Under the pieces are notes generated by a model. That model made no database searches. It had not been told where the DNA came from and saw nothing but the letters and a program-made list of their open reading frames with translations. Shown here piece by piece: positions 1-10,883 of a stretch of DNA of 64,000 bases; the stretch's first letter is position 1, and each line of letters opens with the position of its first letter. This DNA is from Oikopleura dioica (taxonomy: Eukaryota; Animalia; Chordata), in contig OU015567.1 of assembly GCA_907165135.1 (NCBI GenBank), forward strand, positions 4,030,001-4,094,000, in the 5' to 3' direction. The position numbers and the translations under genes are program-made.

Positions 1-1272
1 AGCACCTGCTCGGAGAGCGTGGCAGCTGTCCATAGCGGAAACGTGATGAGGGAAGGTGATGGTGATGGTGTCGACAGCGTACCAGAAGTAGGAGTCGGCC
101 TTGTTCGCCTCGGTAGTGCGCTTGGCTTCCTGGAAACCGTGGCCGAACTCGTGGAGGGTTCGGACATTGAATCGGAAGTCGGCACCGAGCTGGTTGTGAG
201 GGAAGGAGGAGATAGCAACACCGGCAGCAGCAGCTCCAGCAGCAGCAAAAGCGGGAGCAGATGAGCCCGCAACGAGTTTCCAACTGTCACTCGTTGTTGT
301 CAAAGTCCATGTTCCCTTGGAATTGACGTATTGTGCAGAAATGTCGTAGGTGGAGGCGAATGGGTCATGCGTGTAGGCACCTTCGGCTGCGATAGCGGTG
401 TCAGCGTAGGTCGAGACGAAGTTCAAGTAGCCAAGACCTTCGTAGACGGGATTCGCCATGACGATTCGGAAGCCGTTGACGGCGTTGTTTTCTTTGGCGT
501 AGATGTGAGCGTTGAAAACGTGGACCCAGTGAACCTTAGCGCCTTTGCTGCTGCTGTCGGTCCAGGCAAGGTTGTGCTGAACGGAGTAGGTCGCAGCTGA
601 GTAGCTGAAGTCCTTGACTTCCCAGAGGCAGCCAGAGTGACGGAGGGAGTATCTCCAGTCATCGGCCATGAAGCCGTGGTAGGTATTAGCAACCTGTGGA
701 CCAGTTGGACCTCGATTCGCTGATGCACTGGCAACGTGGTGACCGTAGTGGTACTTGGCGTCGGGGTTGTTGTTCTGGTAGCCCCACTTGTGTGGCTCGA
801 CAGCGTCGACGGAGTGACCGGCATCGCTGATGTCGATGTGGTTATCATCCTCGATGAATCCATAATGACCGGAAACAGCTGACTGATCGGAACCGTATTC
901 CTGTTTGGAGGAATCGAATTTCGATCCAGCGGAGAACTCGTTTTCATAACCATACTGGTGGTGGTTGCCTGCATCGCCGATGATGTCTCCTCCGGGTGTG
1001 GCGAACTTGTTGTCGTGGTTCATGTCTCGCATGGAGTTGGAGTTCCAGCAGGACAATGCGTACGCATCAACACCACTTCTGCCATAATAGCCGGCGTCGT
1101 AGCCTTGATTTTGGCTGTAGCCACTGTCGTAGCCGGTGTTGAAGTTGTAGGTAGGAGCGTTGTAGGTGTAGCTGTCGCTCTTCTCTGCAGCTTCGTTGTA
1201 GTCGTAGGTATAGTCAGCTGTGTCACCGGACTGGCCAAGGGCAACGCCCAGCAAGCCTGCACTTATCTTCAT
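1..1272 (-). CDS. Secreted Tyr/His/Gly-rich protein, oikosin (larvacean house protein)-like; runs off the window edge
   Basis: Hand translation of an uninterrupted 424-codon minus frame from ATG 1272: MKISAGLLGVALGQSGDTADYTYDYNE...ADDWRYSLRHSGCLWEV...SSFPHNQLGADFRFNVRTLHEFGHG.... Signal peptide present; TTTATTCAG acceptor 11 nt upstream of the ATG. Not in the ORF track, apparently because no stop lies in the window. The oikosin label is from recalled resemblance, not a search. Confidence 0.75.
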   Translation of the reverse strand, partial: MKISAGLLGVALGQSGDTADYTYDYNEAAEKSDSYTYNAPTYNFNTGYDSGYSQNQGYDAGYYGRSGVDAYALSCWNSNSMRDMNHDNKFATPGGDIIGDAGNHHQYGYENEFSAGSKFDSSKQEYGSDQSAVSGHYGFIEDDNHIDISDAGHSVDAVEPHKWGYQNNNPDAKYHYGHHVASASANRGPTGPQVANTYHGFMADDWRYSLRHSGCLWEVKDFSYSAATYSVQHNLAWTDSSSKGAKVHWVHVFNAHIYAKENNAVNGFRIVMANPVYEGLGYLNFVSTYADTAIAAEGAYTHDPFASTYDISAQYVNSKGTWTLTTTSDSWKLVAGSSAPAFAAAGAAAAGVAISSFPHNQLGADFRFNVRTLHEFGHGFQEAKRTTEANKADSYFWYAVDTITITFPHHVSAMDSCHALRAGA

Positions 1273-1536
1273 CCCAGCGAAGCCTGAATAAAATTTATCA
1301 AAAAATCTCTTTTGAAAAATAACGAACCTTTTTCTTTATCAGAAAATCGCCTTCGAAACAGGGAGCTCGCCTGGCGATTTAAGGACCACCGCACAAATAT
1401 ATTGCGCCGCGAAATGCACTGGCAACGTCAACAATTATAATTACTCGGGTTTTTAGAAAATCATTTGTTTGGAAAAGAAAAGCGACCGGCGTTTTTAACA
1501 TCATAATCAAACTTTATTTTTCAGTTTCGATTTTAT

Positions 1537-2118
1537 TTATTCCAGCAAGGCAGTTTTGATCTGAATTGATAAAAGCATTGAAGCCTGATTGTTGGTTATC
1601 ATCGAATAATATCTTATAAATTCGATGAACTGAAGAAAAACCTCAATTTCTCGAGTTTGAAGCTCTTTCCAAGTCCCTTTTTCACTAAGGTTTTGTTTAA
1701 AAATATGTTTTTTTTTCATGACAAACCTTATTTTCTCAAGTAAATCGGCAAAGTCTCGATAAGAAAATCTCTTGAGAAGCTTTTCCGAGAACATGGCCAC
1801 CTGATTGATATGAAAACATGTCAGCACATCAAATTTTTCTTTACAATTTTCAATAGAAGCTCCTTTTTCAGCCAGTTTTTCCACAGAAAGAAACTTTTGC
1901 AAGTTTGAAGGAGAGTCGATATTGTCAGAAATATTCTTCAAATTTGAATAGAGCAAAAAGTCGAAAGTTTTTTGATCAGCAAAAGCAACAACTGGCTCGA
2001 CATAAGTGTCAATTCCGACATATCCGACTTCCCCGCTCACTTTTTGGAAGTATTTCGGAAAATTCGCGAGGAAATTCGCGGATATGAGGTTTATCAAAAA
2101 ACTCAGCGCAATTTTCAT
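1537..2118 (-). CDS. Hypothetical protein with hydrophobic N-terminus (~193 aa)
   Basis: Within ORF 1537..2211. Likely start MKIALSFLINLISA (signal-peptide-like). No recognisable domain. Confidence 0.5.
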   Translation of the reverse strand: MKIALSFLINLISANFLANFPKYFQKVSGEVGYVGIDTYVEPVVAFADQKTFDFLLYSNLKNISDNIDSPSNLQKFLSVEKLAEKGASIENCKEKFDVLTCFHINQVAMFSEKLLKRFSYRDFADLLEKIRFVMKKKHIFKQNLSEKGTWKELQTREIEVFLQFIEFIRYYSMITNNQASMLLSIQIKTALLE

Positions 2119-2553
2119 CTCTATCTTTTTTTTTCTTTTGACTTCCGCTTCGCCAAAAAACTCAAGTTTTAAGCAAAAAAATAAGTTATTAATAATAATT
2201 GATGATTTCATCTAGACCCAGAAAACCTCTCAAACAACATAACAAACGATGCAAGCTCGTTTTTATTATCACCAAGAAACAACGAACTCACAACAAATGT
2301 TATGCTTCCGTCTAATTCGGGCTCTTTTCTTGTTTCGGTTTTAGACTTATTTTGGTATTTATCCTCTCAACACATTTTTTCAAACGGATCAGACTATTGG
2401 AACGCTCTAGCGCTACCTTCATGATAAAGTACAACTCTCAATCAAATTGTTCACTTCAATTTTTGAAAAAGAGAGAAAAAGAGACTTTTCTTCAATTTTC
2501 TTCTTTTTTAAAATTTTGTGTTTTTTTGTCTTGAGCTCGAAAAAATCTGAAAA

Positions 2554-3466
2554 ATGAAACTTTTTCAATTGCTCTGTTCTTCTTTTTTGACTGTCAATGC
2601 ACAAGGGGAAAGCACAGCTCTGTACTACAAGGATGTAATTTCACAAGATCTCGATAATTTTATTCTGCTTTGGGAGGATAAAAAATTTGGCGGGAGAAGC
2701 TATCCAAAGAACCATCATTTTCATGGAAAAATCAGGCAAGGATACATTTTCTTCGATAGAAAAGGTCTAATTTCAGCTCATTTCATGACTTTTGTAGTCA
2801 TTTTTGACCAAAAAAATACCCAAAAATTTTTTTGGTCAAATTTGGCCATTTTTGATGCTTTCTTTTTGTATCATTTTTAATAGAAAAGACAATCGAATGC
2901 GAAACCGAGTTTCCGAACTCAAAAAGCGAATGGACCGATTCTACAACCCCACATCTTGCCAGAAGCCGTGGAAAAACCAGCCTGCGAAAATTATGGAACA
3001 GTGGTTTTCCATCATGGACAACCATCCCTGCAGAGTGGCACAAAATATCGCTGAAGGGATTAATACTTGGCTTCATAACTTTGGCTGCACAGGTTGGTCT
3101 TTTTCATCAATGATAATGGCGATTGCGCACAGCCAAATTTTTTTTCTGAAAATTTTGTAAATAAAAATTCAAGATGCGATCATTGAAAACGTCGAGATCT
3201 TCTTCGACACCGAAAACATGACCTCCCGAAGAAAGAATCGAATCATCGGCCGTCGAGTTCAGAGCATAATCGACAACAACTATCTCATTTCCCGAGCTCC
3301 ATGCAAGAGGCGATGGTACGAGCCCGAAACGACAACTTCTGGTGCAACCACTTCGACAGAATACCAGACGACGACGCAGACGACAACGACGACTACAAGT
3401 TGGCAATCAACGAGTCAATGGTGGACGACAATTTGGTCCTCGAGTACTGCTAGTACACCTTGGTAG
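2554..3466 (+). CDS. Secreted 3-exon protein with lineage-specific C..W..NF.C domain and Thr-rich tail
   Basis: Exons about 2554-2735 (GC donor), 2884-3092 and 3174-3466 join in frame: MKLFQLLCSSFLTVNA...HPCRVAQNIAEGINTWLHNFGC...ETTTSGATTSTEYQTTTQ. Confidence 0.65.
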
Positions 3467-3743
3467 ATTTTAACCAACAGAAGCTTTTTTATATTCCTTG
3501 TGCAATTGATACATTTGCTAGCTGTACATTTCGCTTTTTCTATTTCAATAAATCATTGATCCCCCTTTTAAATTGCTGCATTTTTGGTAGTTTTTGATAA
3601 TGAAAAGTTAGTCAGATTCTGAATTTATTTGCGCCCTGCATCAAAAAAACCAAGGCCAATATTTACTCTTCTGAGCGCTTGCTCTCTGAAAAATCATCTG
3701 ACAAAACGCAAATTTTCAGAAGAGAGAGAAGCAACGAAAAAAA

Positions 3744-5483
3744 ATGTTTCGTTTTTACGTTACATTTTGCGAGAGACTCTTTCTGCTCTCGGTTCAGTGC
3801 TTTATCTTGCTCATTTTTACATGTTTCCTTTTTGAGTTTTTCAAAAATGAGCAGATTTTGACCGGAGATGCGAAGGTTTTGAAGAGCACTGGGTTCAATA
3901 TTGCGCTTTTGTCGTTTTTGATGAGTAGTTATATTCATTTGGGGAAGGCGATGTCGATTTTCAAGGTGCTTTTTACTGATTTTGAAGAAGGTAATACGGA
4001 CTGGTTTCATAGTACTGATTGATAATTATTTTCACCGAGATTCGTAAATTAAAATGCCTATTTTCAAAACTCGATACCTTTTTATGGTGTTTTTTTTGCA
4101 TTTTTAGAGCTGACGAATCTCAGAAGAATATTCGCAAGACGGTGTCTTATCATTTGTTCAATCTCAAAAACTGTCGTTATTCTTCTTATTCTATCTGGTA
4201 TCTGCATAAAGGAAGAAGAAGAGAAGGGGTTCGAAATTTTCGGAACTCACTTTGATATGGATGACCCATTCATTATTGATGAAAATTCAGATTCGGACGA
4301 GCAAAGTATTCCAGAGCTCTTTGCAGGTAAAGCTTTCGTGATTAATTTATTTCGTGATATTTATTTTTGCAGCGATTTTGACGATGATTGTTCTTTTCCT
4401 GTCAACAATACTGTCGACTAAAATTGTTATTTTCAATCTATCAAAGGCTGCTTTCGGGGACATTCAAGCGCTGGAAAATGAGCTCAATGTTATTCTTTCA
4501 GGAATGATTCGATTTCTATTCAAGGAGATCATAGAGCGGACATCATAAAAATTTATTTTAAGGACCCCCCCATCAAGATGCAAAAAGTCAAAATTTTCAA
4601 AATTTTTTTGCTTTTTTGGGTTGTTTAGACCACGAGGAACAACTTTTATACAGAAAATTTTTTTGATCTTATAGAAAATTTTGGCAGAAATTGACTTCAA
4701 AAATTGAAAATTAACATTTTACATTTGATAAAAATCTTTAGTTCGCTATTTTTTAATGGTTATTAAGGGTATACCAACCATAAAAACTATTTCTATCATA
4801 AACACTAGTAAAAAAACGCAATTCAGGGCAATTTAGGCAATAATTACTGAAAATTTAAATCTGGAAATTCGTCTAAGATTCGACTTATAAAATTTTAAAG
4901 GGGCTGTTCTCCTTAAGTTCGTAGACAAAAAACTCTCAAAAAGCAAACGGTCGTAGCTTAGGGCCTTAACTTTACCATGAAAAAAAATTAAGGGTATACC
5001 CCAACGAAAACCCCCAAAAAAACGTTCACTAAGCAACTTTACCTTTAACGGCCTGTAAAACCTTAAATTTGGCATCGAGAGATCATCTTAAGGGGAACGG
5101 TTGCAGAAGAGGGTTCGATCTAAAGGATGCAATTAAAATTAAGGGTCTAGCTAAGATAGTTTTGGAGAAAAACTTTCACTAAGATGCCCTATTTTCGCGA
5201 TTCTTGATGGGGGGGTCCTTAAGATAAAACAACTCTTTAATTTTTAGTTGAAGTTTTGATAAACTAAACTTATCTTATCACCAACACTTTGCACCAATAC
5301 TTACTGTAATGAATGATGCTAGTTCTTAATTGAAACTCAATCATCTTCAAAGATCTTGAAAACGTAATTCCTGAAGTCAACGATGAACCGCCAAAATACG
5401 ACGAACTTGCTCGAGCAGAAACTCCCCCACCTGAGTATTCTTCAATCAATCCTACCAGTAATGCCAGTACCTCTTTGCCATGA
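3744..5483 (+). CDS. Multi-pass membrane protein with C-terminal PPxY motifs
   Basis: Hydrophobic exons at ~3744-4000, 4110-4327 and 4370-4520. Last exon 5352-5483 reads DLENVIPEVNDEPPKYDELARAETPPPEYSS (PPKY, PPEY). Exon joins are approximate. Confidence 0.5.
4558..5222. mobile_element. MITE in intron, 21-bp perfect terminal inverted repeat
   Basis: TTAAGGACCCCCCCATCAAGA at 4558-4578 and its exact reverse complement at 5202-5222, with TTAA (or TA) at both ends. Confidence 0.75.
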
Positions 5484-5770
5484 ATTTATTTATTTTCAAA
5501 AACATATGTACAAATAAAGTAAGATAAAAATATACACATTTGTCGATTTTCAAAAGACTTTCTTCGTTCTTCTTTTCTTTTAAAAATCATAAAAAAATAC
5601 TTACATATCTACAATGACGGGCAAATCCCTTCTTTTCCTGAAGGAACCCGTAAGACCCGAGGGAACCGAGTCTCTCCGGCGGCGGCGGAAAACCACAAAG
5701 GCTTTTTTGTGGTGAAATTTCGCGTGAAAAATGAATGAAAAATGAGATTTTAAGGACAACGATCATTAAA

Positions 5771-8700
5771 TTATTGGATAATTGAGTCTTTGATTTCCAA
5801 ATTTCGACCAATTCCTATTCCGCATATCAAAAGACCGAGACAAAGAAGTCCGCCACTCAAACTCACCATTTTCAGAACAGCAATTTTTCTTTCAGGACTT
5901 GTTGGTAGCTTTCTGAAGCTCAAAAAGTCTTTTCTTTTGAAGAAAAATTTGTAAACAAAATTGAACTGTCCTTGTGATTTTCGACTTCGTTAATGACAAT
6001 TGGCCCTAGTGATAAAACTTGGTTGTCATCGTTGATTGCAGCTCGCCGTTTTCTTCGATTTTGAGACTCAAGACAGCTCTATAAAGTGATAGAAATCGAT
6101 CAGAATCTTCCTTTTCTTACCTTTATACAGTTTTCAAAGCAAATAGAAATGTCGCAAAAGAGATAGACCCTCTGATATCCGGCAAAACCAAAAACTTCCG
6201 AGGTAAATCGCGCTTGCGAGCTCTCCCCGTTTTCCATAATTTTGACGACTTCGTTGTCAGCACATCCATCTTGAATGAGATCGAATTGAATCGGATCTTG
6301 CGACGAGTTGGTCGGACTCGCCCAGCAATTGTTAATTTTTAATTTTCTTAGTTTGGCTTATTCCATTTTTCCTACATCAATAAAAAACACTATCTCTCAG
6401 ATAACAATCGACTTTTTCAGCCATGCCTGTAATTGTCTCCTTCTTCTGCGTCGACAAGGAACACGCCTACATTGAGAATCTCGTTTGTATTTACAGTCAC
6501 TTCGGATGGAAGGGGATTTGTAAAGGTTCCGTCTTGATACAATACCATAGCTTCAATTTTAGTCAAAAAAACTGCTCATTTTTCTCTGAGTGCGAAAATA
6601 TTGTAAGTTTTGTTGACTTTCCTGTTCGAAAAACACCCTCGCCGGATATTGAGGGAAACTGAATCATGCTGAAAAGAAAAATTAACATTTAACCATAAAT
6701 TCAGTTTATTACAGATTTTTAATGATTTTTAATTTTTTTGGTAATTGATTGCTAATTATCAAGTTTAGTAACATCTCCCACATTAACAAAAATAATACAT
6801 TACATGCAATAACGCTCATGCAAATCTTACTTGATAGTCTGATTGCTGAAATAAAAGAAAAATAAATGAAGATAGAATGAAACAGCCTACCTTGCGGATT
6901 GATCCTCAACATCAAAATTGAATCCCGTCCTTAGATTCGTGTTATAAGAGCACTCGATTGGAAACACATAATTCTTCCCAGAATACATCACAATTCTTTT
7001 GGGATCTTGCTCCATCAAGTTCACTTTGAGAAGATTTGAATACGTCACGTGAGTATCATTCGTCTGAAAATAAATTGATAAGGCCCTCCTTTCGATAATT
7101 CCGATGGCGATTAAATCTCCGCTTTTTTGATAGTTGCAATTTTGGAAAATTTCCGGAAAGCGGGCAGCCCTTGTCGGAAAATGTCTTTCCCGTTAGAGCG
7201 CGGTGAGCGAGCTGTCTCTGGGTTGGGACTCGTGTCTGTGGCGGTTTCACGCTCCAGATCGGGAACATTTTATGGAACGACCGCCGCGTCTTGACAGATT
7301 TTTGTCCAGCCTGTGCAATTTCAGTTTTGCATTTGAGACACCGTACAACTTCGATTTAAACTGTCTCGAATGATTTGTCTGTTTGAATTTTTTCAAAAAA
7401 CCATAAAATTTTTTTCGATTTTTCGATTTGGAGAAAATTTCTAGATCTGATTTTCGAAGACCCTTATCTAACCCCGAACGCGTTCCGTGTATCAGTAGTT
7501 ATGACTACTAACTTATAAGATATAGAATTAATATGACGCGCTTTTTTTAAGGTGGTGGAAGATTTCTAGCCCACTTCCGCCATACCGACCCTGGAACACC
7601 ATACCTTTTCTGAATCAGCAGAAAATTTTACACACTTTGACCCATTAAAATTCTAGAAATCTCCACTTCCGGTCGATTCTAGAGCCGGAAGTAGGTGCAA
7701 TTTATTGATAAGGCAAGCAAATGACCTATCAAATTGAAGCTTAGATAATTTGAGGTCATATGAAAGACAAATTAGATCGAACCGCGGTTGAACCGACCGG
7801 TTAAACCGACCGGCAAAACTTGGAAAAAGGCATAAATTTCTGATTTTTCTTTCAGTTTTTAGCCTTCGATTTGACCGTGGCCGGGATTGATTCTTCTCTC
7901 AGATGATAGGAAATCTTCTGAGAATCAATTTGATAGGGCACAAGTGGGCCAAACTCAAAAATTTCGTCAACTTCCGGCTCTAGAATCGACCGGAAGTGAA
8001 GATTTCTAGAATTTTAATGGGTCAAAATTCTTGAAATTTTCTGCTGATTCAGAAAAGGTATGGTGTTCCAGGGTCGGTATGGCGGAAGTGGGCTAGAAAA
8101 CTTCCACCACCTTAAAAAAAGCGCGTCTATACACTATCAAACACCAATAAACAATTAACAAGGGCCCTCTCACCTGTCTGTTGAAGCCACAACTGCCCAA
8201 ACTGGCCCTGTAAAAATTGTGCGTTGACGATTCCCAGCTCTGGCAATAGCTTGATTCCCAAAAGCCATCAATCCTAATCCTCAAGTCGCTGAAATCTTCA
8301 AGCAGCAAATTTCGATCCACAGAAATGTCAATTTTGTCCACGCTGCAATCAACAACGAGAGGTTGTGCTTTTTCTCCTAAATTTCATGAATCATGAGTCA
8401 GAAAAGTTCGAAGAAAAGATGGAAGTTGGCCCTCCCTGTACGTGAAAAGAGGCAATTACAGTTGATTGAACGTTGCGCAAAAAATGAGCGAGGCGATGGG
8501 AGATAAGATCCGCTGCTCTAAGACAAAGGGATGAAAAAGAATAAAACCGTTGGCGCTGGGATTTCCGCCTACTTCAAAAAAGTCTTAAAAGTTTTAAAAG
8601 TTGCCATGTTTCAAAAAAATATCCCGCTTGGAAAAAGAAGAGATATAATATCTCAGATATTACAGAATCAGCGATTGGAAAAAGTGGATACGTCAAGACA

Positions 8701-9189
8701 ATAAAATAAATTTCCGGAGCGGTCGAAATGGAGAGTAACCAAGAACCGCAAGGAATAACACACATGAATTTGAACAGAAAATACTATCCTCGAAAAGCTA
8801 CGGAAACTGCCTTCTATTGGCAACAAAGAAAATAGGGAATAAGAGCTAATTTTTGGACTGAACCAAAAAATAGAGGTGCATTTTTGAATAGCCAATAAGA
8901 TTGTTGTATTTGATCTACCGGCCAATCAAAGCCCAGATCCTGAAAATCAAAACCATTTTTTCTCGTAAATGAAAAAAATAGAATAAAAAAAATTTTTTTA
9001 TTCAAAATTTTTATGTTATTTCCTCGATTCTTAATCGTGATCATTACGATTAAAATATAGTACTTTCGATAATATTGACAAATTTCTTCTGAATGAATCA
9101 TTTAATTGTCCAAAATTCTTACCAAAGAACTCTTTCTCATTAACTCTCTGCCCAAAGAGCGGAACTCCAAGAAATGCCGAGAATTTCAT
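5771..9189 (-). CDS. Zona pellucida (ZP) domain membrane protein, multi-exon
   Basis: ZP-N: DCSVDKIDISVDRNLLL...LGSCG, then TNDTHVTYSN...YVFPIECSY. ZP-C: MVLYQDGTFTNP...LNVGVFL, NNCWASP...FDLIQDGC...ARF...VYLFCDISIC. Furin site RRKRR, VLSLGPIVI and a C-terminal TM follow. The signal peptide MKFSAFLGVPLFG at 9189 and the N-terminal exons are less certain. Confidence 0.85.
7535..8127. mobile_element. 593-bp MITE with long TIRs (GACGCGCTTTTTTTAAGG...), 3-bp TSD TAT; intronic in the ZP gene
   Basis: Near-perfect TIRs over more than 150 bp. TAT at 7532-7534 and at 8128-8130. Confidence 0.9.
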
Positions 9190-10883
9190 CCCTCCAAGAA
9201 TCGTTAATTTCTTCAAATCCTTTTCATCAAACTGAGATATTTCTTATTTTCTTCTTTTTATCTCTCTTGATAAAACTCGATTTATTTCAAACTCGATTTC
9301 GTTTTTCTGATATATCGATAACTTATATCAGAGAGAAATTTTTATGTCCGATTTTTTATGTCGCAAAAACGCGAAAAAATCAAAGCGCACTTCAGTGAGT
9401 GAGTGAAATTGCGCCACCTCGCGAGAATCGCGCGGCGCTCCTTTTTTCGCTATTTTTCGGAGTTCAATTCAAATTCGCCGGTTTTTCGCTTTTGAAACCG
9501 GCAACGGGTAATTGAAGATAAGTGAGGGAGAAATTGCTCGTTCACTTTCTCTCTGTAATAGTTTTGTTCAATTGAGCAACTGAAATAATGGACTGATAAA
9601 TTGGAACTGAACATTTAATGCTCACATTTATTTGGTTTTGACGAAAGGGACGATTTTCAAGGATAATAATTTTAAAACATATGATCTTGGATATCGAAGA
9701 ATTTACGGACAAGCATCTTTTGTTCTGCTTCTGGCAGCATCCAGAACTCGTCTTCAAGAGTTCTTTTTTCTTCGGCGGTTATCTGAAATAAGTTTGAAAA
9801 TATCTATTCGAGATACATACAGTAACTCATTGTAAAAAGTAGTTCTCAAGCAGTTCATTAGATTCTATAGCGGGAAAATGAACTAATGGGTCAGTTTTAG
9901 CGTAGCCAAATGATGGGGTCCTTGGGTGAGATCGCTGGTTTTGATTTGCTGAGGTAAAAAGTACTCACTTCTTATTGGCTGATTGGACCCCTCAGCCCCA
10001 AACTAAGGGTAACGCTCACAAGTCCTAACCCTAACCCTACGTTAGTCCTTTTAGGGTTAGAAATTGTCCTTCGCTATTAGTTAACTGTACCTTATGAGAA
10101 GAAACGACGGCAGAAAACATGACTGTGAATAAAAATTTTCTCAAAATATTCATCTTTGCAAGTAAAATTTTTTCTTTTTCGCTTTGTAAAGAATGAGGTC
10201 GCGATCTCCGTTTTATAATCGCAGAAGAGAATGAATAATTCTGATGAAGATCAACGCCTAGAAATTAATTTTTCAGAAACCAGTTACAAGTTTTGCTGTA
10301 AAAAAGCGAGTACTTTTAAGAAAACGTGTGAAAAGACCGCAATTGTGGCTCATTTTGGATGGCAATGTCGGTCAGACAGATCAATGCGGTTTTAACAGCT
10401 CATCTTGCATAAGAAAAACACATATTTGACTCCAAAAAAGCTTCCTTTGGTACAGTAAATTGTCAAATCCACGTGAGCTAAGCTTTTGGCGAAAAATCTA
10501 AAATCGTTTCTACCCCCTTTCCTCATCTCGAAGACACGAAAAAGGCGGCTGACACGAGGTCTCTACAAAATTTTTATTCAGATGTTTGGCGCATTGGGAT
10601 TAAGGTGATGACATGCGAGAACATGACAGCTTCCGGTAAACGAAAAGCTTTGATTTTTCAGTCGGCAAAAAGCGGTGATAAAAATTTTCTTTTTCGTCAA
10701 GGTGGGGCGAGTTTGCCCCAGTTTTTAAAGAAAATAGCAACGTGATACCCTTATTTTTTTGAAAAATAAACTTGCCTTTGATATTTTGATTTTTATTTAA
10801 ATAAATATTTCACAGCAGCTAAAAATCATGAAATATTCTAAATGGCAGCTCAAATCATCATTATCAAAATATACAGATAAAAA

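Noticed and set aside
19-1287. Plus-strand Val/Gly-rich ORFs and minus-strand Thr-rich ORFs (423..974, 1020..1262)
   Set aside because: Antisense and off-frame shadows of the real frame 1272->1.
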